Shown here: positions 17,840 to 27,906 of the stretch, piece by piece
Numbering within the stretch: the first letter of the stretch is position 1
How the letters are laid out: every line of letters starts with the position of its first letter
Source of the DNA: Firmicutes bacterium UBA2203
Lineage (GTDB): Bacteria > Bacillota > Desulfotomaculia > Desulfotomaculales > Nap2-2B
NCBI GenBank assembly: GCA_002327235.1
Contig: DCUX01000004.1
Location: forward strand, 93,553-157,552
Length of the DNA: 64,000 bases
Reading direction: 5' to 3'
Notes under the pieces: model-generated
Seen by the model: the letters and a program-made list of their open reading frames with translations, nothing else
Databases searched by the model: none
Told to the model about the DNA's origin: nothing
Translations under genes and position numbers: made by a program

Positions 17840-19853
17840 CTTTCTTTTCTTTGGCTTTTTTAATTATTTCTTCCGCCAGGCGTGCCGGAACCTCTTCGTA
17901 ACCGTTAAATTTCATTTCAAAGGACCCTCTGCCTTGGGTCATCGATTTTAAGTCAATGGCGTAACGTGTTAACTCGGCTAGCGGGGCCGTTGCCTTGACT
18001 ATTGTTTTATTACCTGCCGGCTCCATACCCAAGACGCGGCCGCGCTTGGTGTTTAAGTCACTGATTACATCACCCATAAAGTTCTCCGGTACGGTCACTT
18101 CAACATACATGATTGGCTCTAGCAGTACCGGGGCGGCATTTTGCACTCCCTTTTTAAAAGCCATAGACGCCGCAATTTTAAAGGCCAATTCGGAAGAGTC
18201 TACCGGATGGTAGGAACCGTCGTACAAAACTACTTTTAATCCTGTTACCGGGTAGCCGGCCAGTACACCTTCGGCCAGTGACTCCCGGACTCCTTTTTCT
18301 GTACCTGGAATATATTGCTTGGGTACCGAACCCCCAAAAATTTCCTCGGTAAATTCAAATTCACCTTCCGTCAATGGTTCCAGGCGCAGCCAAACGTGTC
18401 CGTATTGACCATGACCGCCGGTTTGTTTTTTGTACTTGCCTTCCATAGTAATGGTCTGACGAATTGTCTCCCGGTAAGGTATTTTAGGCGGTTCCATGGA
18501 AACATCTACGCCGTACTTTCTTTTCAATCTTTCTAGAATAATTTCCAGGTGCAGTTCACCCATCCCCGTAAGGATGTTTTCTTTGGTTTCCAGATTTTTT
18601 TCAATTTGTATCGTCAAATCTTCTTCTAAAAGTCTGTTTAAGGCGTTACCCAATTTATCTTCGTCCCCTTTGCTTTTGGGGGAAATTGCCACGGAAAGAG
18701 TTGGTCTCGGGAAGGTAATCCCTTCTAATTTTTCACCCTTATCTTTTTCACCAAGAGTATCGGCGGTGGTAGTGTGCTGCAATTTAACCAACACGGCCAT
18801 ATCCCCGGCCGGCACTTCTGGCGTAGGGACTGAGTTTTTGCCCCGGACATAAAGGATTTGACCAATTTTTTCTGTTTTTTCTTTAGAGCTGTTGTAAACT
18901 TGCATATCGTTTTTTAGCGTTCCTTTATAAACCCGGATGAAGTTCATTTTTCCTACGTAAGGATCGGCTAGGGTTTTAAATACTAAGGCCGAAAAAGAAG
19001 CATCGTCAACGGCAGCCGGAGCCGGACAATAATTAACTAGAATATCCATTAAATTGGTTACAGCTATATTTTTAGTGGCCGCTCCACAAAGTACCGGAAC
19101 AACTTTAGCCTGAGCAATACCGTTTTTTAAGCCTAAAATTATTTCTTCACTACTTAACTCTTCTCCTTCTAAATATTTTAACATTAATTCATCGTCGGCT
19201 TCTACCGCTGCTTCCACTAGCTTCTCACGGTAACTGGCTATGGTCTCTTTTAAACCGTCAGGCACCGGTATTTCTTGGGGGCTTTTACCGTTATCCAGGT
19301 ATGTATAGGCCTTTTGGGTAATCAAATCAACCAGGCCGGTAAAATCATTGGCTTGACCAATCGGAAGCTGAACGGGAACAAAATTAGCCTTTAATTTGTC
19401 TTTTAATTCAGTCAAGACATTAAAAAAATTAGCATTTTCCCGGTCCATCTTGTTTACAAACACCAGAGCCGGTAAGCCAGCCCGGGCGGCGTATTCCCAA
19501 ATAATCTCTGTTTGTACTTCTACCCCATCTACCGCTGAAACCACAAAAAGGGCTGTGTCCACTACCCGTAAAGCCGAATATACTTCCCCTATAAAATCAG
19601 CGTAACCTGGCGTATCTAAAACATTAAGTTTATTATCCTGCCATTCACAAGGCACCAGGCTAAGATGAATGGTTATCTTACGGTTAATCTCTTCAGGGTG
19701 GTAGTCAGCCGTGGTTGTCCCGTCTTCTACCCGGCCTAACCTGGTAATTGCTCCTGTGTTATAAAGCATGGCTTCTACCAAGGAGGTTTTACCCGCCCCC
19801 CCGTGTGCCACCACCCCTATATTACGAATTTTTTCGCGGGGATAATTTTTCAA
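17832..19853 (-). CDS. EF-G-like translational GTPase paralogue (EF-G2-type)
   Basis: G1 AHGGAGKTS (diverged from the canonical AHIDAGKTT), G3 DTPGYADF and G4 NKMD. Five-domain length of 673 aa. The stop overlaps the argC ATG (GATGATTAA). Confidence 0.85.
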   Translation of the reverse strand: MKNYPREKIRNIGVVAHGGAGKTSLVEAMLYNTGAITRLGRVEDGTTTADYHPEEINRKITIHLSLVPCEWQDNKLNVLDTPGYADFIGEVYSALRVVDTALFVVSAVDGVEVQTEIIWEYAARAGLPALVFVNKMDRENANFFNVLTELKDKLKANFVPVQLPIGQANDFTGLVDLITQKAYTYLDNGKSPQEIPVPDGLKETIASYREKLVEAAVEADDELMLKYLEGEELSSEEIILGLKNGIAQAKVVPVLCGAATKNIAVTNLMDILVNYCPAPAAVDDASFSALVFKTLADPYVGKMNFIRVYKGTLKNDMQVYNSSKEKTEKIGQILYVRGKNSVPTPEVPAGDMAVLVKLQHTTTADTLGEKDKGEKLEGITFPRPTLSVAISPKSKGDEDKLGNALNRLLEEDLTIQIEKNLETKENILTGMGELHLEIILERLKRKYGVDVSMEPPKIPYRETIRQTITMEGKYKKQTGGHGQYGHVWLRLEPLTEGEFEFTEEIFGGSVPKQYIPGTEKGVRESLAEGVLAGYPVTGLKVVLYDGSYHPVDSSELAFKIAASMAFKKGVQNAAPVLLEPIMYVEVTVPENFMGDVISDLNTKRGRVLGMEPAGNKTIVKATAPLAELTRYAIDLKSMTQGRGSFEMKFNGYEEVPARLAEEIIKKAKEKKDD

Positions 19854-20043
19854 TATTTTTATGCCTCCTTCAGAAATATGGTGCTCAACGCTATTTTATT
19901 CGTTACAACCTTTATACCATAATCCTTATATAAATTCTACGTTAAGGTTTAATATCCTTGTCCTGATAAAAAAACAGTTTTGAAAGCTTAAACCACATAC
20001 AAGCTGGTAGATTATCATACATATAACTAGGGGTGACTTAAAT

Positions 20044-21600
20044 ATGACCCGGCAATCTTTCTTAGGCGGCACCTTAATTCTTCTTTTAGCTAGTTTTTTT
20101 AACCATTTTATTGGGTTTATTTACCAAATTATTATGATTCGCCTTATCAAGCCGGAAGGGGTAGGATTATTTAATATGATTTACCCCATTTATGTCCTTG
20201 TTTTAATTCTGTCTACCGCCGGCATCCCCGTTGCGGTAGCTAAAATTGTGGCCGAAAAAACGGCTACGGGTAACTTGCGGGAAGCTTACCGCGTTTTATA
20301 TATCTCTCTTGTTTGTTTGGTTTTTAGCAGTTTATTTTTTACCGTTTTGTTTATCATCAGCCTACCCTGGCTGCAAAAAAACTATTTAGCCCATCCTAAA
20401 GTTATTTATAGCCTCTTTTGTTTTACCCCTGCTTTACTTATTGTTTCCTTGTGTTCCGCTTTCCGGGGATTTTTTCAGGGACTGCAGCAAATGACTCCGA
20501 CAGCAGTTACCCAAGTGGCGGAACAGATAGTCAGGGTAACCAGCGGCTTAATTATGGCTTACTTTATGCTCCCTTACGGGGTTGAATACGCAGTAATGGG
20601 GTTGGCAATTGGCATTGTTTGTGGTGAATTTGTGGGATTTTTACTAATGCTGTACATCTACGTCCGCCAACGACCTCGATTTAAAAAAACAACCCCTTTT
20701 TTACCGGAAAAACTTCTTGCCGTACTGACGCAAATTTTTCAACTGGCAATTCCCGTAACCTTTATTCGCTTTATTTCTACTATCTCTTCGGCTATAGAGG
20801 CCTTACTTATCCCCGGCAGGCTCCAGACGGCGGGCTTAACCCATTCCCAGTCTATCGCTACTTTTGGACAGCTTACCGGAATTGCGGAATCCCTGCTCTA
20901 TATACCCAGTATCGTTACCGCTTCCCTGGCTACTACCTTGATTCCAGTCGTAAGTGAAGCCGCGGCCCAAAATGACCATTATCTTATCCGGTCGCGTATT
21001 GAAGAATCAATACGGATAACTATGCTAACGGGTTTGCCTGCCGTAGCAGTTTTTTACCTGTTGCCGGGTGAATTATGCGCTTTATTTTACGGTTACGGAG
21101 CAGCAGGAGTTATTTTAGGACTTTTAGCTTTAGGGGCTCCTTTTTTATATCTTCAGCAAACTTTTACCGGTATTTTGCAGGGCTTAGGGTATGCCGCCCG
21201 GCCCCTTAAAAATCTGTTAATTGCCTCAGCATTTAAAATTGCCGGGATTTATTATTTAACCGCAGTGCCTCAATTAGGGATAAAAGGAACTGTTCTGGCT
21301 ATGTCAGTCAGCTACTTTATCCTGGCCGGTTTAAACTATCACGACTTAAAAACACTAATTCGTTTACCCCTTGATTTTAATTACTGCGCCGCTAAACCTC
21401 TTTTGGCCACAACCGGTATGGCCCTGGTTATTTGGCAAACAAAACTTTGGCTGCCTGCTTTTTTTGGCTCGGCTAATTTTAAAACCATTAATCTTTTACT
21501 AATTGGGGCCCTAAGTTATCCTATCTTTTTGTACTTGGCCGGCGGCATTTATAGTTACGATTTAAACCGTTTACGTTCTTTTATAAAACTTAAGTTTTAA
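20044..21600 (+). CDS. spoVB: MOP/MurJ-superfamily flippase, stage V sporulation protein B-like
   Basis: 518 aa with about 14 predicted TM segments. The N-terminus FLGGTLILLLASFFNHFIGFIYQIIMIRLIKPEGVGLFNM is typical of SpoVB. Confidence 0.75.
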   Translation: MTRQSFLGGTLILLLASFFNHFIGFIYQIIMIRLIKPEGVGLFNMIYPIYVLVLILSTAGIPVAVAKIVAEKTATGNLREAYRVLYISLVCLVFSSLFFTVLFIISLPWLQKNYLAHPKVIYSLFCFTPALLIVSLCSAFRGFFQGLQQMTPTAVTQVAEQIVRVTSGLIMAYFMLPYGVEYAVMGLAIGIVCGEFVGFLLMLYIYVRQRPRFKKTTPFLPEKLLAVLTQIFQLAIPVTFIRFISTISSAIEALLIPGRLQTAGLTHSQSIATFGQLTGIAESLLYIPSIVTASLATTLIPVVSEAAAQNDHYLIRSRIEESIRITMLTGLPAVAVFYLLPGELCALFYGYGAAGVILGLLALGAPFLYLQQTFTGILQGLGYAARPLKNLLIASAFKIAGIYYLTAVPQLGIKGTVLAMSVSYFILAGLNYHDLKTLIRLPLDFNYCAAKPLLATTGMALVIWQTKLWLPAFFGSANFKTINLLLIGALSYPIFLYLAGGIYSYDLNRLRSFIKLKF

Positions 21601-21614
21601 ACCAGAGCATCATT

Positions 21615-22667
21615 TTAATAACGCCGGCGCAAAAAAGCCGGAATATCCAGGTCCTCATGGTCGGCAAAAGGTTTTATTTCTAGCTCTGATAAGATACGTT
21701 CTCTTTTTACCCTTTTTTGGTCAAAGCCCGTGGCAATAACCGTAACCCGGACTTCTTCCTCCATATTTTCTTCTATTACCGCCCCAAAAATAATATTTGC
21801 TTCCGGGTCTGCCGCTTGGAAGATAATTTCTGCGGCCCCGTTAACTTCAAATAAAGTTAGGGAGGTGCCGCCCGTAATATTTAATAAAACCCCCTTGGCC
21901 CCTTCCACCGAGGTCTCTAATAACGGACTGGAAATGGCCACTTTAGCTGCTTCGGCGGCCCTGTTTTCACCCTTAGCCACCCCAATCCCCATCAGCGCTG
22001 AACCCGTATCCTTCATAATGGTTTTAACATCGGCAAAATCCAAATTGATTAATCCTGGTACGGCAATTAAATCAGAAATCCCTTGGACTCCCTGCCGTAA
22101 GACATCGTCGGCAATCCGAAAAGCTTCTACGATAGAAGTATGTTTATCAATTACCTGTAATAACCGGTCATTAGGAATAGTGATTAGGGTGTCTACTTTT
22201 TCTTTAAGACTTTGAATTCCTGTCTCTGCTTGATTCATCCGTTTGCGTCCCTCAAAAGTAAAAGGCTTGGTAACTACCCCAACGGTTAATACACCTAATT
22301 CTTTAGCTACCTCCGCAATTACCGGTGCTGCCCCGGTTCCCGTGCCTCCGCCCATCCCGGCGGTTACAAAAACCATATCAGAACCTTTTAAAATTTGGTT
22401 AAGCTCTTCTTTGCTTTCTTCAGCTGCCTTTTGACCAATTTCAGGGTTGCCGCCGGCCCCTAATCCTTTGGTTAATTTTGCCCCTATTTGAACCTTATTT
22501 AATGTTTGGGTTAATTGCAAAGCCTGGGCGTCAGTATTTACCGTAATAAACTCAACTCCTTTTAGGCCGCTGATAATCATCCGGTTAACCGCATTGTTTC
22601 CTCCCCCTCCTACTCCAATAACCTTTATATTGGCAAATTGTTTTGTCTCTAGTTCAAAATCAAGCAT
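21615..22667 (-). CDS. ftsZ: Cell division protein FtsZ
   Basis: Tubulin signature [13 protein letters not shown] and NTDAQAL. C-terminal DIPAFLRR peptide. Confidence 0.97.
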   Translation of the reverse strand: MLDFELETKQFANIKVIGVGGGGNNAVNRMIISGLKGVEFITVNTDAQALQLTQTLNKVQIGAKLTKGLGAGGNPEIGQKAAEESKEELNQILKGSDMVFVTAGMGGGTGTGAAPVIAEVAKELGVLTVGVVTKPFTFEGRKRMNQAETGIQSLKEKVDTLITIPNDRLLQVIDKHTSIVEAFRIADDVLRQGVQGISDLIAVPGLINLDFADVKTIMKDTGSALMGIGVAKGENRAAEAAKVAISSPLLETSVEGAKGVLLNITGGTSLTLFEVNGAAEIIFQAADPEANIIFGAVIEENMEEEVRVTVIATGFDQKRVKRERILSELEIKPFADHEDLDIPAFLRRRY

Positions 22668-22771
22668 GGTTTAAGCCTCCTTTTGGGTTGATTAATTCAA
22701 GTTTTTTGTGAGTACCCTGATTAAAATCTTAATTTCAATATTTATCTTATTTCTCCTTTTTTAAAGGAAAT

Positions 22772-23116
22772 TTATTTTTTAAGCAAGTGGCGCCGGATAA
22801 TGGCCAGGTTTTGAAAAAGGCGGACACCAAAAGCAACCACGGCCGCTAAATATAAGTCCATGCCCAGTCTTTCCCCGATAAAAGCCAAACCGGCAGCTAA
22901 CAGGGCATTGCTAAAAAAACCCGTCAAAAAAATGGTGTTGTCATAGCTGTCTTCCATGGCTGCTCTTACGCCCCCAAAAACCGAATCAAGGGCTGCCAAG
23001 ATCGCTACCGATAAATATTTAGCGTATAGCTGGGGGATTAAAAAGGGAACGTTTAGACCTACTAATACCCCAATGGCCAATCCACCTAAAATTATTACCC
23101 AGGCTAATATTCCCAC
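22772..23116 (-). CDS. sbp: Small basic protein Sbp (DUF1290)
   Basis: 114-aa four-TM protein ending in the basic tail IIRRHLLKK, in the position occupied by sbp in Bacillus-type dcw clusters. Confidence 0.8.
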   Translation of the reverse strand: MGILAWVIILGGLAIGVLVGLNVPFLIPQLYAKYLSVAILAALDSVFGGVRAAMEDSYDNTIFLTGFFSNALLAAGLAFIGERLGMDLYLAAVVAFGVRLFQNLAIIRRHLLKK

Positions 23117-23120
23117 TTAT

Positions 23121-23828
23121 CTAATCTCCTTTTGTTGGTTTGGCGTAGCGAAACTCAATGGGGGCCGTATAACCAGGAACGGTCAAATTTTCGTAAGACT
23201 GGATTCTTACCTGTGCGCCAAGACTTTGCAAATACTCAGCCAGCCCTCCGGATATTTCTAAAGCGCTGGTTAAATTTTTAGGGGCGCCAATGGCCAGAAT
23301 ATGGTAAGGAGGAGCTATTCTGGTCAAATTAACATTTATAAAAGGAGCGGCCCAGCGAATTTCACTGGTAGCCAGAATTCTTTGTCCATTAATTGACATT
23401 GCTTCTACCCCGGCCCCGTTCAATTCGTTTACCAGGCGCAGTAAATCTTCATCGCGGATAGCAAATATGGTATCCCCCGGCCCTTTGTTTTGTCCGGCTG
23501 AGGGATTATCTAGGGTTATTTCAATACCTGGTCCCGATACTGCGGTCAAACCAGCACCTAACCGGGTTTTTTTTAACTCTTCCGTCAAAACCTCTTTTGC
23601 TTCAGCTTGTCCTTTAGTAGTTTGCTGAATTTTTTGGATTAAATCTTCAATTTCTGATTCTAACTGCTTTTTTTCTGTAATTAGCTGGTTTAGTTCAACC
23701 GATAATTCCTGCGACCGGCTAAGGGGAACACCTTGCTCTATAGAGTTGGTGGTACGGAACTGTAATGCCACCATTAAGCCTATAACTAAAGCCACTAAGA
23801 AAACAGAAAGATATATTTTCCGGTTCAT
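23121..23828 (-). CDS. DUF881 division/sporulation-associated protein (YlxW/YlxX-like)
   Basis: N-terminal TM segment with the LQFRTT motif, a coiled-coil, and the conserved C-terminal domain. Paralogue of 24047-24766. Confidence 0.8.
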   Translation of the reverse strand: MNRKIYLSVFLVALVIGLMVALQFRTTNSIEQGVPLSRSQELSVELNQLITEKKQLESEIEDLIQKIQQTTKGQAEAKEVLTEELKKTRLGAGLTAVSGPGIEITLDNPSAGQNKGPGDTIFAIRDEDLLRLVNELNGAGVEAMSINGQRILATSEIRWAAPFINVNLTRIAPPYHILAIGAPKNLTSALEISGGLAEYLQSLGAQVRIQSYENLTVPGYTAPIEFRYAKPTKGD

Positions 23829-23875
23829 AATATTCCTACCTTTTTATTGTCTCCTTATTTTATTTTTAAACTTTT

Positions 23876-23992
23876 GTAACTATTCAGGTAGGCACATAGG
23901 TTCAAAGTAAAATGAAAACGTATAGAGATCTGCAAGTCTGGCAAAAAACTTTGTGCCTCTGTGCCTTTGCCCCTTTGAACCTGAGTATTTAC
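23876..23992 (+). mobile_element. MITE-like element, short copy (TIR GTAACTATTCAGG / CCTGAGTATTTAC)
   Basis: The terminal inverted repeats and internal blocks (GGCACATAGG, GAAAACGTATAGAGATCTGC, CTGGCAAAAAACTTTGTGCC...TTTGCCCCTTTGAACC) match the reverse complement of 29397-29667. Confidence 0.7.
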
Positions 23993-24046
23993 AAACTTTC
24001 CAGTTTAGAATCTTCAATTTACAATTCAATGCTTAAAAAATATCGT

Positions 24047-24766
24047 TTAACTTTCTGGTTTGGCGTAATCAAAGCGCAACTGGCCTGTATAAGCCGGTAC
24101 GATAATATTAGGCATAGATTTAACCGTTACTTGAATCTCCCAAAAACGAAGCTGGTCTACCACTCCCCCGCGCATTTGCAAAGCGTTAACTAAATTATCA
24201 GGATTACCAATGGCCGTGATTACAAAAGGAGGGGTAAGCCGCTGATTTTTATTAGTAAGTACGGTGGGGCCAAGGCAGCGAATCTCACTGGTAGCCAGAA
24301 GTCGTTGACCATTAAGAGCGATAGCTTCTGCGCCGGCTGCTTTTAATTCGTTAATGACCTTTAAAATATCTTCATCGTGCAGGACATAAAGATTAGGGTT
24401 TTCACCGGGCTGAATTCTTTTATTGCTATCACTAAGGGTAACTTCTACTCCTGGACCGGTTAGTTCCGTCATTCCGGCCGCAAGACGGGTTTTGCTTAAT
24501 TCTTGGTGCAGGGTGGTCAGATGAAAGCTGCCAGTAACCTGGTCTAGTTGCTGGCGTAATTTTTCTACCCGGTTTTGTAAGGCCTCATTCTCTTCCCGGG
24601 CGGTTTTTAGACGCGCCGCCAATTCTTGCGTTTGCTGTAAGGGAAGGCTTTGTTTAGCCGCGATATTAGTGCGAAACTGCAGGGCAAAAATAAAACCCAG
24701 GCTTAGCGCAATGAAAGCCATGATGATATAAATACTTTTTGTTTTAAATATAACCTTATATTCCAT
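24047..24766 (-). CDS. DUF881 protein (second paralogue)
   Basis: Same architecture as 23121-23828 (ALQFRTN, coiled-coil, conserved C-terminal domain). Confidence 0.8.
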   Translation of the reverse strand: MEYKVIFKTKSIYIIMAFIALSLGFIFALQFRTNIAAKQSLPLQQTQELAARLKTAREENEALQNRVEKLRQQLDQVTGSFHLTTLHQELSKTRLAAGMTELTGPGVEVTLSDSNKRIQPGENPNLYVLHDEDILKVINELKAAGAEAIALNGQRLLATSEIRCLGPTVLTNKNQRLTPPFVITAIGNPDNLVNALQMRGGVVDQLRFWEIQVTVKSMPNIIVPAYTGQLRFDYAKPES

Positions 24767-25568
24767 CCTTATATTTTACCACCGGCGAATCTGTAAGGGA
24801 AATATCAATATATTCAATTTGAGGGGTGTTTTTAAGCTGGCAAAAAAGTTGGTTAAGAATTATCCCCTTCTGGGTTATGTTTGTCGCCTGGCCTAAACGA
24901 CACTCCACCCCACTTAAGTGGTAAAGAAAAATCTGTTCCTGTTTGTTGACGTGGACTTCGGAAAGATTTGTTGTTATCTCCCTAGGTAGGGCGGTAATAA
25001 CTTTTAAGGCAGTTTTTAACTCGGGAAAGTCAAAAACCTGCCCTGGTTTAATAGCATGGATTGGCTTACTATCAACCATAGGCTGGTGGCTTGGGCCACT
25101 GGTTGACCTGCCATCAGTTATTGTTTCGTTGGCTGCCGTTATTACCGGCAACCCCGAAGTGCTTACTTTGCCCGGCTTTAAGTATATTCCCTCCTTATCT
25201 ACTTCTACAAAACCGTTCTTTACCGGGACCAAGGCTACAGGGTAACGTTCTTTTATTTCAATGATTATTTGAGAAGGAAACCTACGGGTTAAATGTACTT
25301 CTTTAACTAACGGCAGGGTCTTAATTCTGCCGCCTGCCCGGGATAAATTAACTTTAAAAATATTTGTCCCTTCGTTAAGCCGGGATAGAGCTACAATCTC
25401 GGCGGTCGTAAAAGAATGGTTGCCCCGGACTAAAATTTCCTTAACTTCAAATAAAGATGACCGCCAGAAAATATATGCCGCCAGGATAACCAGGAAAATA
25501 AAAAATAAGCTTTCTCCCAAGTTAAACTTAAATTTTTTTATTTTTTTTTCTTTAAATACCACACTCAT
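24756..25568 (-). CDS. divIB: Cell division protein DivIB/FtsQ
   Basis: Single TM segment followed by a POTRA-like block (FEVKEILVRGNHSFTTAEIVALS). Sits between murA/murB and the DUF881 genes. Confidence 0.8.
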   Translation of the reverse strand: MSVVFKEKKIKKFKFNLGESLFFIFLVILAAYIFWRSSLFEVKEILVRGNHSFTTAEIVALSRLNEGTNIFKVNLSRAGGRIKTLPLVKEVHLTRRFPSQIIIEIKERYPVALVPVKNGFVEVDKEGIYLKPGKVSTSGLPVITAANETITDGRSTSGPSHQPMVDSKPIHAIKPGQVFDFPELKTALKVITALPREITTNLSEVHVNKQEQIFLYHLSGVECRLGQATNITQKGIILNQLFCQLKNTPQIEYIDISLTDSPVVKYKDGI

Positions 25569-25685
25569 TTGGTCATCCGGTATTTAAACCAAGTTTTATC
25601 TCCAAGCAGTTTATACCATACCATATATTTTTTAAAAAATAAAGTAAAATAATACTTGTCCCAGATAGAGTTAGAAAAAATAACT

Positions 25686-26933
25686 TTAAGCACGTTTAAT
25701 ATTAGCGCCTAAAGCATTGTATTTATCCTCCATTTGTTCATAGCCACGGTCAATGTGCTCTATCCCTTCAATAACCGTATTGTTTTCCGCGGCTAAAGCA
25801 GCCAATAATAAAGCGGCCCCAGCCCTTAAATCAGTTGCTTCTACCGGTGCCCCGCTTAATTTTTTTACCCCTCTAATAATGGCGGTTTGACCCTCTACGG
25901 TAATTTCAGCCCCCAGGCGCCTTAATTCACTAACGTGCTGGTAGCGGTTTTCAAAAATTGTTTCGGTAACTACACTGGTTCCCTGGGCTAGGGTCAGCAA
26001 GGCCATCATTTGGGGCTGTAAATCGGTGTGAAAACCAGGGTAAGGCATTGTTTTAATGTTGGTAGCTTTTAAGCAGCCGGTTGAGCTTAATTTTATAGCC
26101 TCATCTTTGACCTCCACCTTTACCCCTATTTCCTTTAGCTTAGCTAGTAGTGATTCCAGGTGTTCCGGGATAACATTGGTTACCGTAACGTCTCCGCCGG
26201 TGATTGCCGTCCCGATTAAATATGTACCTGCCTCTATACGGTCGGGAATTACGGCGTGTTCGGCATTATGCAGGGTCGTTACTCCTTCAACTTTAATTAC
26301 ACTTGTTCCGGCCCCTCTGATTTTGGCCCCTAGGTAGTTAAGAAAATTCTGTAAATCAACTATTTCTGGCTCCCTGGCGGCATTTCTAATTATAGTTATT
26401 CCTTTGGTCATTACCGCCGCCATCATAATATTTTCGGTTGCCCCGACACTTGGTACATCCAGGTGTATTTCGGTTCCCTTTAAGTTTCCGGCCTTTACGT
26501 TGATATAACCGTACCTTTCGTTTATATCGGCTCCTAATGCCCTTAAGCCTTTTAAGTGTAAATCCATGGGCCGGGAACCAATATTACAACCCCCTGGATA
26601 AGAAATTTTTACCTGTTTAAAGCGCCCCAACAGAGGGCCTAAAACCAGGTTGGAAGCCCGCATCTGACGCATTAAATTTTCTCCTACTTCCCAACTATAA
26701 ATATCCCGGGTATTTATAATTAAAGTATTACCTTCCCGTTTGACTTTTGCCCCCAGGGTTTCCAGGACGCTGCTCATGGTAATAATATCCTGCAGTTGCG
26801 GTACTTCGTGAATGATACATTCCCCAGCGGCCAGGATACTGGCGGCCAAAATCGGCAAGGTAGCATTTTTACTGCCGTTTACGGTTATAGTTCCTTTCAG
26901 GTGGTTACCTCCGGTAACTATAAATTTGGCCAT
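25686..26933 (-). CDS. murA: UDP-N-acetylglucosamine 1-carboxyvinyltransferase
   Basis: Active-site Cys context YPGGCNIGSRPMDLHL. EPSP-synthase-like fold length. Confidence 0.95.
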   Translation of the reverse strand: MAKFIVTGGNHLKGTITVNGSKNATLPILAASILAAGECIIHEVPQLQDIITMSSVLETLGAKVKREGNTLIINTRDIYSWEVGENLMRQMRASNLVLGPLLGRFKQVKISYPGGCNIGSRPMDLHLKGLRALGADINERYGYINVKAGNLKGTEIHLDVPSVGATENIMMAAVMTKGITIIRNAAREPEIVDLQNFLNYLGAKIRGAGTSVIKVEGVTTLHNAEHAVIPDRIEAGTYLIGTAITGGDVTVTNVIPEHLESLLAKLKEIGVKVEVKDEAIKLSSTGCLKATNIKTMPYPGFHTDLQPQMMALLTLAQGTSVVTETIFENRYQHVSELRRLGAEITVEGQTAIIRGVKKLSGAPVEATDLRAGAALLLAALAAENNTVIEGIEHIDRGYEQMEDKYNALGANIKRA

Positions 26934-26946
26934 TTTATTTCACCTC

Positions 26947-27906
26947 TTAATCCTCCCCGACTATTCGAATTTCCAAGGCTAACTGGATACCAAATCGTTG
27001 CGCCACCATTTCCTGAACCTGGGATATAAGGTCTTGCACCTCTTTGGCCCGCGCCCCCCCTAAGTTAACAATAAAATTAGCGTGTTTTAACGATACTTTA
27101 GCTGCTCCAATTTGCCGTTCCTTTGCTCCTGCCTGTTCAATTAAGTATCCGGCGGCAAAACCAGAAGGGTTTTTAAAAACACTGCCGGCACTGGGGTACC
27201 TAAGCGGTTGAGTAATCTGCCGACGGCGGAGATATTTTTTTTGTCTTTCGGCAATATATTCCTTTTGGTCCGGTACTCCTTGGCAAACTACTTCTACCAC
27301 TACCTGGTCACAGCCTAATAAATTGCTGCTCCGGTACCCAAATCCTAAATCCTCTTTTTTTCGCCGGACAAAATAGTTTTTTTGGTCCAGAACCAGGACT
27401 TCCTGCACTACATCACTCATAGCGCAGCCTTCGGCCCCGGCATTCATTACAATTGCTCCCCCTACTGTTCCAGGAATACCGACGGCAAACTCAAAACCGG
27501 CCAGGTTGGCTTGACAGCAATTCAAGGCTAAGCGGGACAAGGCTGCACCGGCTTCTGCCACAACCGTAAGACCGTCTATTTTAATCTTGGCCAGATGACG
27601 GTCTATTTTTATTACCATACCCCTAATTCCACCATCACGAACCAGTAAATTAGAACCGGCTCCCATTACAAAGAAAGGGATATTTTTGTCTTTAGCGTAA
27701 AAAATTGCTTCCTTTAAAGCAACTATTGTACGAGGTTCAATAAAAATATCCGCTGGTCCGCCAATCCGAAAGGTAGTGTGTTGAGACATTGGTTCTTGTA
27801 AACGCACCTGATTGGGCAAAAACTGCTTTAATTCTTTATAAACGGCTTTACATTCCTGGTTAGGCAGGTAAGAAGAACCGTTTTTACTCACGCTGTATAC
27901 CCTCAT
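26947..27906 (-). CDS. murB: UDP-N-acetylenolpyruvoylglucosamine reductase
   Basis: FAD-binding block FRIGGPADIF...MGAGSNLLV and a C-terminal MurB domain. Confidence 0.95.
   Translation of the reverse strand: MRVYSVSKNGSSYLPNQECKAVYKELKQFLPNQVRLQEPMSQHTTFRIGGPADIFIEPRTIVALKEAIFYAKDKNIPFFVMGAGSNLLVRDGGIRGMVIKIDRHLAKIKIDGLTVVAEAGAALSRLALNCCQANLAGFEFAVGIPGTVGGAIVMNAGAEGCAMSDVVQEVLVLDQKNYFVRRKKEDLGFGYRSSNLLGCDQVVVEVVCQGVPDQKEYIAERQKKYLRRRQITQPLRYPSAGSVFKNPSGFAAGYLIEQAGAKERQIGAAKVSLKHANFIVNLGGARAKEVQDLISQVQEMVAQRFGIQLALEIRIVGED

Noticed and set aside
19893-19912. Possible ArgR/AhrC (ARC) box AACGCTATTTTATTCGTT upstream of the EF-G-like/arg operon.
   Set aside because: Only the right half (ATTCG) and the A/T core resemble the TNTGAATWWWWATTCANW consensus. 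The sequence is not actually palindromic. It is too weak to call without a PWM scan.
23912-24193. 93-aa ORF (and 29584-29841, 85 aa) located in dcw intergenic gaps.
   Set aside because: Both are read across the MITE-like repeat copies. Their similarity to each other is explained by the DNA repeat, and they lack an RBS.
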